Shown piece after piece: positions 27,277 to 37,461 of a stretch of DNA of 64,000 nucleotides (position 1 is its first letter; every line of letters starts with the position of its first letter). Made by a program: the position numbers and the translations under genes. The stretch is from the NCBI GenBank assembly GCA_964538435.1, contig CAZIDX010000004.1, forward strand, positions 769 through 64,768, in the 5' to 3' direction. The DNA comes from an uncultured Gammaproteobacteria bacterium. GTDB lineage: Bacteria > Patescibacteriota > Patescibacteriia > UBA9934 > GWF2-40-263. The notes under the pieces were generated by a model that had not been told where the DNA came from, ran no database searches, and saw only the letters and a program-made list of their open reading frames with translations.

Positions 27277-27588
27277 ATGTTTTCACCACTTGATATTTTG
27301 TACATTGTGCTGGCGTTTTGTGCGCTGTGGCTGACGGCTGGGGTCTTTTGGCTTATCTGGCAGGTGGCTTCGATTTTCCGCACGGTTAACGATACGGTCA
27401 CCCAGGCTCAGGATACGCTTTGTAAGATTGAGGATGCGCTTGCGGGGATTAGGGCAAAGTTTGAGCATACGAGTTCTGTACTCGGTGTGGTGGTGGATGC
27501 GACCAGTCGGGTTGTGGAGCATGTTATCGACAAAAAACGTGATAAAAAGCGCAGAAAAGAAGAGGATGAAGATGTGATCGATGTTTAA
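27277..27588 (+). CDS. Small membrane-anchored coiled-coil protein with basic/acidic tail (DUF948-like)
   Basis: N-terminal TM; KKRDKKRRKEEDED tail. Confidence 0.45.
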   Translation: MFSPLDILYIVLAFCALWLTAGVFWLIWQVASIFRTVNDTVTQAQDTLCKIEDALAGIRAKFEHTSSVLGVVVDATSRVVEHVIDKKRDKKRRKEEDEDVIDV

Positions 27589-27603
27589 AAACAAAGCAAA
27601 AAA

Positions 27604-27625
27604 GCCCGCTGAAAAGCGGGTTTTG
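27604..27625 (+). terminator. Intrinsic terminator (cccgct-gaaa-agcggg + TTTT)
   Basis: GNRA-like tetraloop hairpin + T-run. Confidence 0.6.
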
Positions 27626-27662
27626 ATATTGTCCTGAGAGGATGGTAAAGTCTGCATAACAT

Positions 27663-30600
27663 ATGAGCAAATTTGTCCATCTTCACAGCCGCTCTCACTT
27701 CTCGCTTCTTGAAGCGCTTCCTAAGGTTGGGGAGCTTATTGAGCATGTGAAAGGCATGGAGATGGATGCGGTGGCGATCACAGACAATGGGACCATGTAC
27801 GGCATGATCGAGTTTTATCAGAAAGCAACAAAGGCTGGGATAAAACCAATCATGGGATGTGATTTTTATGTGGCTCAGCATGGTCGTCATCAAAAGCGTG
27901 CGCGTATTGATACAAAACCTCATCGTCTTGTTTGTCTTGCTGAGACATATGAGGGGTACTTAAATCTCCTTAAGCTGACTTCGGTTGGGTTCCTTGAGGG
28001 GTTTTATTATAAGCCGAGAATCGACAAGGAGATTTTGAAAGGAAACGTGAAAGGAGTGATTGCTCTCTCTGGTGGTCATCTGGGAGAGATCGATGAACTC
28101 TTGCGCCATGACAAGACGGAAGAAGCTGAGCAGCTTGTGAAGGAATTTGTTGATCTGTTTGGTGAGAATAATTTCTTTTTAGAGCTTGTTGATCGGCCTG
28201 AGATTGCAGAGCAGGAAGCAACGAATGCAAAGCTTATTGAGCTTGGGAAAAAGACAGGGGTTGGTGTGGTTGCTACAAAGAATACGTTTTATCTTAAGCC
28301 TCAGGATGTTGAGGCGTGGAAGATTTTGAATTGTATTAAGGGTGGAAGGACGCTTGAGCATTTTGATCGTATCAACCAGTTTGATTTTGATGCGTCCATG
28401 GTGAGTGGGGAGTACATGGAAGAGCGGTTTGCAGATGTGCCTGAGGCGATTGAGAACACAAGAAAGATTGCTGACCGATGTCATGTTGAGCTCGAGCTTG
28501 GGAAATGGCATTTTCCACTTTTTGAGATTCCAGAGAATAAAACATTTCGCGAAGTGCTCACTGAGCAGACGTTTGCGGCGCTTGAAAAAAAGAAGGGTCG
28601 CGAACTCACAGAGGTTGAGGTTGAGCGCTTGAATTATGAGCTTGATATTATTGATCAAAAAGGTTTTTGTGCATATTTTTTGATCACATCTGACTTTATT
28701 CAGTGGGCGCGTGACAATGGAATTATGACCACGACGCGTGGTTCAGCTGCAGGGTCGCTTGTTGGATACTCGATTGGAATTTCATCTATTGATCCGCTTT
28801 TATACGAGCTTCCGTTTGAGCGGTTTTTGAATCCTGAACGACCGAGTGCACCTGATATTGATGCTGACTTTGCTGATAACAGACGTGATGAGGTTTTGAA
28901 TTATGTGCGTGAGAAATATGGCTATGAGAAAGTGGCGCAGATTTGTACATTTGGAACTATGCTTGCGCGTGGATCTGTGCGAGATGTTGGGCGTGCACTT
29001 GGGTTTGAGTATTCGATGATTGATGAGATTGCCAAGCTTGTTCCAATGGGGTCGCAAGGTTTTGCAATGACACTTGCGCGTGCGCTTGATGAGTCGCCAG
29101 ATCTGAAGAAAAAATACAATACAGATGCGAATGTTCGGCGGGTGATTGAGCTTGCTCAGCAGATTGAGGGGTGTTCTCGGCATGTTTCAATTCATGCTGC
29201 AGGAACAGTTATTTCACCAACAGCGCTCACGGATTTTACTCCGCTGCAGATTGATACGCGTGAAGGTAAGATTATTACTCAGTACGAGATGAAATCCGTT
29301 GAGTCGGCCGGGCTTGTGAAGCTTGATTTTCTTGGTATTAGAAACTTGTCGATTCTTGGAGACGCTGTGCATTTGGTGCGAAAGGTGAAAGGGGATGAGA
29401 TTGATGTTGAGCAGATTCCTGTTGATAACAAAAAGACGTTTAAGCTTTTGGCTGCTGGTCATACTATGGGGGTGTTTCAGCTTTCAGGAGATGGAATGAC
29501 AAAGTACCTGATGGATCTGCGACCAGAGCGCGTGGAAGATATTATGGCCATGGTGGCGCTTTATCGTCCTGGGCCAATGGAAATGATCCCGGATTATATT
29601 GATCGAAAGGATCACCCAGCGAAAATCAAGTTTTTGGATCCTCGAATGAAAGAGTTTTTGCAAAAGTCATATGGACTTTTGGTGTATCAGGATGATGTGA
29701 TGCTTACAGCGATTCATTTGGCTGGGTACTCTTGGCTTGAGGCAGATAAGCTTCGAAAGGCCATGGGTAAGAAGATTCCAGAAGAGATGGCAAAGCAGAA
29801 GATTAAGCTTTTGGATGGATTTGTGGAGCATGGGCTTAGCAGCAAGATGGCGCGAAAGCTTTGGAAGCTTATTGAGCCATTTGCAGCGTATGGGTTTAAT
29901 AAAGCTCATGCGGCGAGTTATGGAATGGTGGCGTATCAGACGGCGTACATGAAGGCGAATTACCCGGCTGAGTACATGACAGCGCTCATGACGGCTGAGT
30001 CAGGTGACTTGGAAAAGATTGCAGAGGCAGTGAATGAGTGTGAGCGAATGGGGATTGAGGTGCTTGCGCCTGATATCAATCTTTCGCTCAAAGATTTTAC
30101 GTACATCAATGACAGTGAAATTCGTTTTGGTCTTCTTGTGATTAAGAATCTTGGCAGTGAAGTGATCGAATCCATCATTGAAGAGCGAAAAGAACATGGT
30201 GAGTTTAAGGACCTGGCTGATTTTGCTGGACGGATTTCTCATCGGGCTTTTAACAAGAAATCACTCGAAGCACTTATTAAGGTTGGTGCGCTTGATCGTT
30301 TTGGTGAGCGGAGACGATTGCTTGAGAACATGGATCGAATTCTCATGCATAACAAGGGGGTGCAGCAGCAAAAGGCGTCGAATCAACAAAGTTTGTTTGC
30401 TCTTGCTCCGAATGTGATGGATTCTCAAATCAAGCTTCGGGAGAGTGAGCCAGCAAAGATGCAAAACCTTCTTGCTTGGGAGAAAGAGTTGTTGGGATTG
30501 TATGTTTCTGCGCACCCGTATGATCCTGTTGCTGAGCGGATTGGGACACTTGTTACATCATGCGAGGATGTGCCAAAGCAGGCTAAGGATGCATTTGTGA

Positions 30601-31175
30601 AATGCGGTGGAGTTGTGACGTATCTTAAAGAGATCATTACAAAGAAAGGCGACCCAATGGCGTTCATGGGGATTGAGGATCATACGGGTCAGCAGGAGGT
30701 GATTGTGTTCCCTCGAACGTATGAGCAAGCGAAAACGTTTTTAGAGGAAGATCAGATGTATCTTGTTTCCGCAAAGGTGTCCAAGCGCGAGGGAGAAGAA
30801 GCAAAGCTTATTGCAAATAGTTTTGTGCCGATCAGTGAAGATGTTATTGATGGGGTTGAGAGCATGCTTCGCTCTGGACAATGGGCGAGTGCAAGTGGTC
30901 CACCTCCGTCTGTTGCGCCGCCTCAGGAGAAAAAGGATGAGCCAAAGGATGAAAAAAGTTTGTCTATTGCGCTGAAAGGAAAGCCAACGCCAGACATGGT
31001 TCAGCAGCTTAGGGAGATCCTCTCATCTTCTCCGGGGATTGCGCCGGTGCGACTTTTGGTGGAATCTGGCGGTCAGTTTAGGCGAATTGATACGGATTAT
31101 CGGGTTAGAATCAAAGACCAGCTTGTGTCTGACATTGCCCAGCTTGTGGGTAGGCAGAATGTAATTGTGGAATAG
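27663..31175 (+). CDS. dnaE: DNA polymerase III alpha subunit
   Basis: N-terminal PHP domain (HLHSRSHFSLLEA), polymerase core, OB fold; 1170 aa. Confidence 0.9.
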   Translation: MSKFVHLHSRSHFSLLEALPKVGELIEHVKGMEMDAVAITDNGTMYGMIEFYQKATKAGIKPIMGCDFYVAQHGRHQKRARIDTKPHRLVCLAETYEGYLNLLKLTSVGFLEGFYYKPRIDKEILKGNVKGVIALSGGHLGEIDELLRHDKTEEAEQLVKEFVDLFGENNFFLELVDRPEIAEQEATNAKLIELGKKTGVGVVATKNTFYLKPQDVEAWKILNCIKGGRTLEHFDRINQFDFDASMVSGEYMEERFADVPEAIENTRKIADRCHVELELGKWHFPLFEIPENKTFREVLTEQTFAALEKKKGRELTEVEVERLNYELDIIDQKGFCAYFLITSDFIQWARDNGIMTTTRGSAAGSLVGYSIGISSIDPLLYELPFERFLNPERPSAPDIDADFADNRRDEVLNYVREKYGYEKVAQICTFGTMLARGSVRDVGRALGFEYSMIDEIAKLVPMGSQGFAMTLARALDESPDLKKKYNTDANVRRVIELAQQIEGCSRHVSIHAAGTVISPTALTDFTPLQIDTREGKIITQYEMKSVESAGLVKLDFLGIRNLSILGDAVHLVRKVKGDEIDVEQIPVDNKKTFKLLAAGHTMGVFQLSGDGMTKYLMDLRPERVEDIMAMVALYRPGPMEMIPDYIDRKDHPAKIKFLDPRMKEFLQKSYGLLVYQDDVMLTAIHLAGYSWLEADKLRKAMGKKIPEEMAKQKIKLLDGFVEHGLSSKMARKLWKLIEPFAAYGFNKAHAASYGMVAYQTAYMKANYPAEYMTALMTAESGDLEKIAEAVNECERMGIEVLAPDINLSLKDFTYINDSEIRFGLLVIKNLGSEVIESIIEERKEHGEFKDLADFAGRISHRAFNKKSLEALIKVGALDRFGERRRLLENMDRILMHNKGVQQQKASNQQSLFALAPNVMDSQIKLRESEPAKMQNLLAWEKELLGLYVSAHPYDPVAERIGTLVTSCEDVPKQAKDAFVKCGGVVTYLKEIITKKGDPMAFMGIEDHTGQQEVIVFPRTYEQAKTFLEEDQMYLVSAKVSKREGEEAKLIANSFVPISEDVIDGVESMLRSGQWASASGPPPSVAPPQEKKDEPKDEKSLSIALKGKPTPDMVQQLREILSSSPGIAPVRLLVESGGQFRRIDTDYRVRIKDQLVSDIAQLVGRQNVIVE

Positions 31176-31188
31176 TGTATAATAGTAG

Positions 31189-32499
31189 GTGACAACAAAG
31201 CGAAAAAACGCTATGCCTCCAGCAAAAAAGAAAACAGCTACAAAAAAACGTGTATCCGTGAAAACAGCAAAGAAACCTGCTGCAAAAAAAGCGCCAGCAA
31301 AGAAAAAGCCGGTTGCGAAAAAACGGGTGCCTGTAAAAAAGAAGCCAGCGGTAAAGAAGCCGCCGGTGATTGAGCACGAGCCAGGTGCTGTGCCACTTGC
31401 TATGTATCGCCATATCGCTCTTGCGTTTGTGGTGGTGGTTGCGATTGCCTTGATGGGTATTTTGTATCTTGCAACCATGCAGGCTGTTATTCACGTTGAT
31501 CCTGTTGAGACAGTGGTGAGTGCAGAGTTTATTGTGAATGGAACAGAGACACAAACGAGTGAGCTTGAGATTCCATCAGAAATCATTGTTGGTACGATTG
31601 GAAAGACAGAAACATTCATGCCAAACGGTGATGGCACAAAAGAGGTGTTTGGAGTCGCAATAGGGCAGGTGACCATTTACAATGACATGAGCTCTAGTCA
31701 GCCACTTGTTGCAACAACGCGTTTGCTTACGCCGGATGATGTACTTTTTAGGATCAAAGAAGATGTAACTGTTCCTGCAAATGGTTCTGTGGTTGTGGGG
31801 GTCTATGCAGACGAAGAGGGGGCTTCTGGTGATGTTGAGCCAACCACGTTTACCATCCCAGGTCTTTCAGCGGCCAAGCAAGCGCTTGTGTACGCAGCAA
31901 ATGACGCAGCGTTTACTGGAGGTGTGAGTTTGGTATCGGTTGTGTCAGCAGAGGAGATGGAAGCCGCAGCATCTGGAATGGAAGAGGTGCTACTTGAAGA
32001 TGCAAAATACATGCTCTGGGAAGAGTCATCACAAGAGTATGCAGGTGAGGTATTTGATATTGAGGTGGTGGAGAAGACTTATAGCATTGAACCCGACAGT
32101 GAGGCAGAGAGCTATGACGTAACGATTACGCTTCAGATCGGTGCAGTGTTCTATGATGAGGTTGCGCTTGATAGTTTGGCTGAGATGAAGATTTATGAAG
32201 GCTTGGGTCAAGGGCAAGAGTTTGTGGATACGGGCGTGTCAGATATGGGTGTTGTGCTTGAGGGGTACAATGATGAGTCTGGAATCGCCTCGCTGCACGT
32301 CACTCTTGACGGCAGGGCAATTGCGTCTCGGGCGAGTGATGCACTTGAGGTTGATCGGTTTGTTGGGATGACAGAAGAAGAGGTGAAGACACTGCTTGTG
32401 GATGAGGGTGTGGCTGAGGATGTGAGTGTGGACTTCTTCCCGATTTGGGTAAGCAAGATCCCGAGACTGCAGGATCATGTGTATATTGAAATTGATTAA
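31189..32499 (+). CDS. Hypothetical membrane protein with Lys/Ala/Pro-rich (histone-H1-like) cytoplasmic N-terminus and large extracytoplasmic domain
   Basis: GTG start; AKK/PAKK repeats; single TM ALAFVVVVAIALMGILYLA. Confidence 0.5.
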   Translation: MTTKRKNAMPPAKKKTATKKRVSVKTAKKPAAKKAPAKKKPVAKKRVPVKKKPAVKKPPVIEHEPGAVPLAMYRHIALAFVVVVAIALMGILYLATMQAVIHVDPVETVVSAEFIVNGTETQTSELEIPSEIIVGTIGKTETFMPNGDGTKEVFGVAIGQVTIYNDMSSSQPLVATTRLLTPDDVLFRIKEDVTVPANGSVVVGVYADEEGASGDVEPTTFTIPGLSAAKQALVYAANDAAFTGGVSLVSVVSAEEMEAAASGMEEVLLEDAKYMLWEESSQEYAGEVFDIEVVEKTYSIEPDSEAESYDVTITLQIGAVFYDEVALDSLAEMKIYEGLGQGQEFVDTGVSDMGVVLEGYNDESGIASLHVTLDGRAIASRASDALEVDRFVGMTEEEVKTLLVDEGVAEDVSVDFFPIWVSKIPRLQDHVYIEID

Positions 32500-32504
32500 C
32501 TTGA

Positions 32505-32530
32505 CGCCCCGCCTTGGCGGGGCTATTATT
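32505..32530 (+). terminator. Intrinsic terminator (cgccccgcc-ttgg-cggggc + T-rich)
   Basis: GC hairpin right after stop 32499. Confidence 0.5.
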
Positions 32531-32777
32531 TATCCATCACTGTGATAAAAGACATGTTTGCAAGACATGCGTTGGAAAGAGAAAGAGAGTCTAGGCTGAA
32601 AGCTCTCTACAACAGCGCTTGCAAGTACCACTTTTTGAGTGATCCAGCTCTGGAAGAGCAGAATTGAGCGGCCTGAAGGGTGAACCTGATGGCAATCCGG
32701 GTGGAACCGCCCCGCTGAGCGGGGTCCCGAAGCTTCACTTTTTGTGGAGTTTTTTGATTATTAACTGTTCAATTACT

Positions 32778-34574
32778 ATGGACGATAAATTACATGCCAT
32801 GAGGCATACGGCTGCGCATGTGCTTGCAGCAGCGGCTCAGCGTTTGTATCCGGATGCAAAGTTTGGAGTTGGCCCTGTGGTCGATAATGGGTTTTACTAC
32901 GATATTCTTTTTCCAGAACCTGTTTCTGAAGATGTGCTAGACGCGCTTCAAAAAGAAATGAAAAAGATTCTCAAGGAGAGTCATGCGATGGAGCGTAGTG
33001 AGCTTTCGCTTGATGAAGCTATTGAGTTTTTCGAGGAGAAGAAACAGGATTTTAAAGTTGAACTTCTGCGAGATCTTAAAGAGAAGGGGACAACGAAACT
33101 TAATGCAGATGATGCAGCTGACCTTGATCTTGATCGGCCTGATGTTGCATCGCTGTATACAACTGGAGAGTTTGTTGATTTGTGTCGCGGACCTCATCTT
33201 GAGAAAGCGAAATGGATTGGAGCGTTTAAGCTTTGGAAATTGGCTGGAGCATATTGGCGCGGAGATGAGAAGAATGCGCAATTGCAGCGCGTGTATGGAC
33301 TTTGTTTTGAGACAAAGGATGAGCTCGCTGCCTATTTGAAGATGCTTGAGGAGGCTAAGAAGCGAGATCACAGAAAACTTGGAAAAGATTTGGACCTTTT
33401 TACGTTCTCAGAACTTGTTGGGTCAGGGCTTCCTCTTTGGACTCCAAAGGGTACAACAGTGCGCTTGCTGCTTGATGAGTTTGTGTGGAGTCTTCGTAAG
33501 GCTCGTGGGTATGAGCGTGTTGAGATTCCTCATATTACAAAAAAGGATCTTTATGAGACCTCTGGGCATTGGGAAAAGTATCAGGATGATTTGTTTAAGA
33601 TCACAACGCGTGAGGGGCATGAGTTTTGCATGAAGCCTATGAACTGCCCACATCACACGCAGATTTTTGCACGCAAAAGATATAGTTACCGCGAGATGCC
33701 ACAGCGTTATGCAAACACAACGATGTGTTATCGCGATGAGCAGAGTGGTGAGCTTCATGGTTTGTCTCGTGTGCGCGCGTTTGCGCAGGATGATGCGCAT
33801 GTGTTCTGTCGAGAGTCTCAGGCAAAGGAAGAGTTTTTGAAGATTTGGGATATTGTGGAAGCGTTTTATGCTGGAGTAGGTTTTGGTGAGCTTGATGTGC
33901 GTCTTTCACTTCGAGATCCAGATCAACCTGAGAAATACTTGGGATCGGCTGAGGGTTGGGAGCGTGCTGAAAAAGCGATTCGCGAGCTTGCAGCTGAGCG
34001 TGGTGCTGATACTACTGAGGATTTGGGCGAAGCAGCATTTTATGGGCCTAAGATTGATTTTCACGCAAAGGATTCACTTGGGCGAAGCTGGCAGGTGGCA
34101 ACCATTCAGCTTGATATGAACATGCCTGAGCGGTTTGGGCTTTATTGCGTGAATGAGGAGGGTGAGCAGGAACAGGTTGTGATGCTTCATGCTGCGATCA
34201 TGGGTTCAATTGAGAGATTCCTTTCAAACTTACTTGAGCATACGGCTGGAGCGTTTCCGTTCTGGCTTGCGCCCGTGCAGATCAGGGTTGTGAGTGTGTC
34301 GCAGGATTATGGTGAGTTTGCTCAGGAGTTGACGGACAAGCTTGTAGGCGCTGGTGTGCGCGCAGATCTTGATAATTCTGCAGAGAAGGTTGGGAAGAAG
34401 ATTCGCAGCGCGGCCATGGAAAAGATTCCGTGGACAATCGTTGTGGGGAGCAAGGAGGTTGAGGGAGGGGACTTTAAAATCAATGTGTTTGGGCAGGAGG
34501 AAGATATTGTGTTCTCGCAAGATACATTAATTGAGGAGGCACAGAAGGCTGGTGAGATTCCGAAGGAAAAGTAA
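32778..34574 (+). CDS. thrS: Threonine--tRNA ligase
   Basis: ORF 32664..34574 (TTG); ATG 32778 MDDKLHAMRHTAAHVLAAA; TGS/second additional domain, class II core, anticodon-binding domain. Confidence 0.9.
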   Translation: MDDKLHAMRHTAAHVLAAAAQRLYPDAKFGVGPVVDNGFYYDILFPEPVSEDVLDALQKEMKKILKESHAMERSELSLDEAIEFFEEKKQDFKVELLRDLKEKGTTKLNADDAADLDLDRPDVASLYTTGEFVDLCRGPHLEKAKWIGAFKLWKLAGAYWRGDEKNAQLQRVYGLCFETKDELAAYLKMLEEAKKRDHRKLGKDLDLFTFSELVGSGLPLWTPKGTTVRLLLDEFVWSLRKARGYERVEIPHITKKDLYETSGHWEKYQDDLFKITTREGHEFCMKPMNCPHHTQIFARKRYSYREMPQRYANTTMCYRDEQSGELHGLSRVRAFAQDDAHVFCRESQAKEEFLKIWDIVEAFYAGVGFGELDVRLSLRDPDQPEKYLGSAEGWERAEKAIRELAAERGADTTEDLGEAAFYGPKIDFHAKDSLGRSWQVATIQLDMNMPERFGLYCVNEEGEQEQVVMLHAAIMGSIERFLSNLLEHTAGAFPFWLAPVQIRVVSVSQDYGEFAQELTDKLVGAGVRADLDNSAEKVGKKIRSAAMEKIPWTIVVGSKEVEGGDFKINVFGQEEDIVFSQDTLIEEAQKAGEIPKEK

Positions 34575-34586
34575 GGGTAAAACAAA

Positions 34587-34615
34587 ACACCCTCGCGATT
34601 GCGAGGGTGTTTTTG
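34587..34615. terminator. Bidirectional terminator (acaccctcgc-gatt-gcgagggtgt + T5 / A-run upstream) between convergent thrS and CDS 34624..36582
   Basis: 10-bp stem. Confidence 0.6.
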
Positions 34616-34623
34616 TTCTGTTG

Positions 34624-36582
34624 TTATCCAATCTTTACTGTAAATACATGGCTTGGAGCCTTGTTCGCACGGTCTTTTAGGTCCTGGAACCTACCAAAGG
34701 CAGGTGAGTCTTTTCGGAGTCGAATGTCGCCTAGATCCATAGGTGCATTCTTCAATGCATCAAATGCTTTTTTCATATCAGATTGACCACCAAGCATCTT
34801 CTTAAAGAATCCCTTTAGACCCTTTTCGCTTGTACCAAGCTGAAGAAAATCGTTCCAGGTATTTGGCATTCCAAATGTTTCCATGCTTGTACCTCCACCA
34901 CTCTTTGCTTCATCCATGGCAATGCCTCCTTTAACCATTTCATACCACGCCTTGATTCCGTCGAGTTGTTCGACTGACATGCCAAGTTCTGCTGCAGCAG
35001 CATCAATAACTGCTGAGTCTACAGCAACTTCTTCTTCAGCAAACCACTCTTCCATATCATCGTCTTCTGCTTCTACAGCTGCTTCTGCCACGCCTTCTGC
35101 CCCAGTCTCTGCTTCATCTTCTTCTGTTTCTTTGATATATCCTTCGACTTCTTTTCCATCAAGAATGTCGAGGGTTTGTTTGAGAACATCTTTTTGAGCT
35201 TCTGAAGTGCTTTCTTGACCTAGCATGAAGTCAATGAATTCACGCACTCCTTCTTCGCTTCCGTCATTGGCCATGTCAAGAAGTTGGTCTTGGAGCTCTG
35301 TTTTTGCAGCCGCCTCTTCTTGCTCAACTGAGAAATCAAGCAAAATTCCGCGTTCGCCTAGTTCTGCTGCTTCTTCAGAGAGCTCGTTGAGTGTGTCGAG
35401 GTAGCCACCAGTTTGGTCCATGACAGTTGCTTGTTCGTCTGCATCGTCATCGTCCCAGTCATCCATTCCAAATCCAAGCTGCTCTCCATAATGGGCTGCC
35501 CAGCCGGTTGGATCAGGTAGGCGCTTTGCAGCTCGTTTTAGATGCATTCCCATTGACCATTTTGAGCGATCGATTTGGTCTAATCGATCTTCAATTTCAT
35601 GTGTTTGCTCTGCGATTTGAGATTCTGCTTTTTCTTCTGTCTCTGCAAGAGCTGCGCTGAGTTTTTCAACGTTTCTTAGCATTGGCAGTACAATCTGGTG
35701 CTTTTTCTTTTCGGTGATAAAGGCATTCAACTTCATTGTTTCTGCTGCACTGAGATAGCCTTTGTTTTTATCAAACTTTTCTTCAAGAGCTCGGATTTGA
35801 CCATCAAGCTCGTCGATGCGTCCCTGTGTTGCATCAGCACCTTCCTGGTATACAGCTGAAAATTCTGGCACAACAACACCTTCTGCGTTTGCTCGAGCTT
35901 TGTCAGCGTTGAATTCTCTTCGGTTTTCTTCTCTAATCGCTCCGCTACGTTCATAGGCTGCCGCGCTAGCAAGAAGTGACTTGGCGTCAGCGATTGTTTT
36001 GTCATGCAGTGACGCTGCTTCATCTACATCCACTTGTGCTTTTCGTGCTGCAAGATTTAGTTCGGATAGTTTTGGCCTGTTGGCAATCACTTCTTGCAGC
36101 TGCTTTGGTTTCATTTTCTTAAGCTCAGAAATTTTTGCCGTAATAACTTCACCTGACTTGTCTCCAGCTGCTACTGCATCTAGAAGAGTAAGGGTTTTAA
36201 CTGCTCCAGCAGCCTGCTTGTAGATCTCTTGATCAGCTTTTTCAGTGATTCCCATTGCTACTAGAGACGCTTCTAGTTGGTCATCAAAGGTTGATTGTAG
36301 ATCTGCAACAGTTGGTGCAGATTTTTCTCGAATCTGAACAAAGTTTTCCGGCACAATCACAAATCCTTCTTCTGATTTTAGTGTGTGCTTGCCGTCTTCA
36401 TTGGCAACAAGAGTGAATTCAACCTTGTTTTCTCCAATTTGGATTTCCATTGTTTCCCCAACAGAAAGCTCAGGAAGTTCCTTTTTTGCAGCCCCCTCCT
36501 GGTTATCTTTGCCAGCTTGTGCCTCTTGAGCATCTTTTAGCTCTTTTGGGTCAACAGCTCGCGCTTCGGCAGATTTTGCCAT
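34624..36582 (-). CDS. Hypothetical large acidic coiled-coil protein
   Basis: 652 aa, Glu/Asp/Ala-rich, no recognisable catalytic motif. Confidence 0.45.
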   Translation of the reverse strand: MAKSAEARAVDPKELKDAQEAQAGKDNQEGAAKKELPELSVGETMEIQIGENKVEFTLVANEDGKHTLKSEEGFVIVPENFVQIREKSAPTVADLQSTFDDQLEASLVAMGITEKADQEIYKQAAGAVKTLTLLDAVAAGDKSGEVITAKISELKKMKPKQLQEVIANRPKLSELNLAARKAQVDVDEAASLHDKTIADAKSLLASAAAYERSGAIREENRREFNADKARANAEGVVVPEFSAVYQEGADATQGRIDELDGQIRALEEKFDKNKGYLSAAETMKLNAFITEKKKHQIVLPMLRNVEKLSAALAETEEKAESQIAEQTHEIEDRLDQIDRSKWSMGMHLKRAAKRLPDPTGWAAHYGEQLGFGMDDWDDDDADEQATVMDQTGGYLDTLNELSEEAAELGERGILLDFSVEQEEAAAKTELQDQLLDMANDGSEEGVREFIDFMLGQESTSEAQKDVLKQTLDILDGKEVEGYIKETEEDEAETGAEGVAEAAVEAEDDDMEEWFAEEEVAVDSAVIDAAAAELGMSVEQLDGIKAWYEMVKGGIAMDEAKSGGGTSMETFGMPNTWNDFLQLGTSEKGLKGFFKKMLGGQSDMKKAFDALKNAPMDLGDIRLRKDSPAFGRFQDLKDRANKAPSHVFTVKIG

Positions 36583-36683
36583 ATATGTTGTTTTGTTAAA
36601 GAAATTGTAAAAAGTTAGCCCGCACAGGGGCTTTAAATTCTTTTAAAATATAGCAGAAAAAGGGGGTTTTGTCAATCAAGCTG

Positions 36684-36711
36684 TTGACAAACTTTGAGAT
36701 TTGCGTATACT
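36684..36711 (+). promoter_or_regulatory. sigma70-like promoter (-35 ttgaca within inverted repeat ttgtcaa/ttgacaa; -10 tatact)
   Basis: 16-bp spacer; GGAGG RBS 36725-36729; ATG 36735. Confidence 0.45.
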
Positions 36712-36734
36712 CAAAAGCTGCTATGGAGGCCAAC

Positions 36735-37229
36735 ATGGGAACGATTCACCCTTTTGCCGCGCATGATGCGCGAATCAATCGGGTGTGCCACAGCGCGCTC
36801 CCGAACCATTACCACGTTGCTGAGTTCATCGCTCAGACATTGCGTGATCACGACGGTTCTGTCTTGGTGGCGAGGATGCTCTGCGAGCATCTGACGCGCT
36901 ACGAGTACACTCGTGAAGCATCAGAAGAGCGTGTTCAGGCGTTTGCACCCATGGTGGGCAACGATGCTCTTCGTATGCGTGTGTGCCTGCACATGTCCCA
37001 GAACGATGGGCGGAATGTGGACGCTGCTGACGCGTATGAGGCTGCGTTGGCGAATTGCGCTGAGAACTACTGGTACATGGAAAGTGAGAACAAGGTCTGG
37101 AGTTCGCGGCGTAAGCTCGCGATCAAGAACGGCAAGTTCACGACCGCGTTCTTCGCTTCCATCCTTCACACGGCCTTTGCGATGCTCTCGGATACACCGA
37201 TTGAGCTCGTAGAGACGGCTGCGGTCTGA
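36735..37229 (+). CDS. Hypothetical protein (GC-rich cargo gene)
   Basis: ORF 36669..37229; RBS-supported ATG at 36735; noticeably higher GC than neighbours. Confidence 0.5.
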   Translation: MGTIHPFAAHDARINRVCHSALPNHYHVAEFIAQTLRDHDGSVLVARMLCEHLTRYEYTREASEERVQAFAPMVGNDALRMRVCLHMSQNDGRNVDAADAYEAALANCAENYWYMESENKVWSSRRKLAIKNGKFTTAFFASILHTAFAMLSDTPIELVETAAV

Positions 37230-37235
37230 CAACGA

Positions 37236-37270
37236 CCCTGGGGTAAACAACGATGTCCCAGGGTTTTCTG
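37236..37270 (+). terminator. Intrinsic terminator (ccctgggg-loop-cccaggg + TTTT)
   Basis: Hairpin + T-run directly after stop 37229. Confidence 0.45.
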
Positions 37271-37278
37271 ATACGCTC

Positions 37279-37370
37279 GTTGCTGTGTGTGATTTCATTC
37301 ATTCGGCGGAGCCGGGCCGTCTCGCTAGATAGACGACCACCACCTCATGAATGAAATCACACACAGCAAC
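37279..37370. repeat. Family-2 element, site 2: perfect 24-bp palindrome arms (gttgctgtgtgtgatttcattcat / atgaatgaaatcacacacagcaac) enclosing conserved core 37303-37346
   Basis: Core identical to site 1 except 2 nt (cgcAGgat vs cgcTAgat). Confidence 0.65.
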
Positions 37371-37461
37371 TTCGCTCCAGTTGGGTTATCAATATTTTGT
37401 TCTTCCGATAGAGTTTACGTTGGCAGTTGTGCCTTTTTTTGTTACGCTTGGGCCGAAATCT

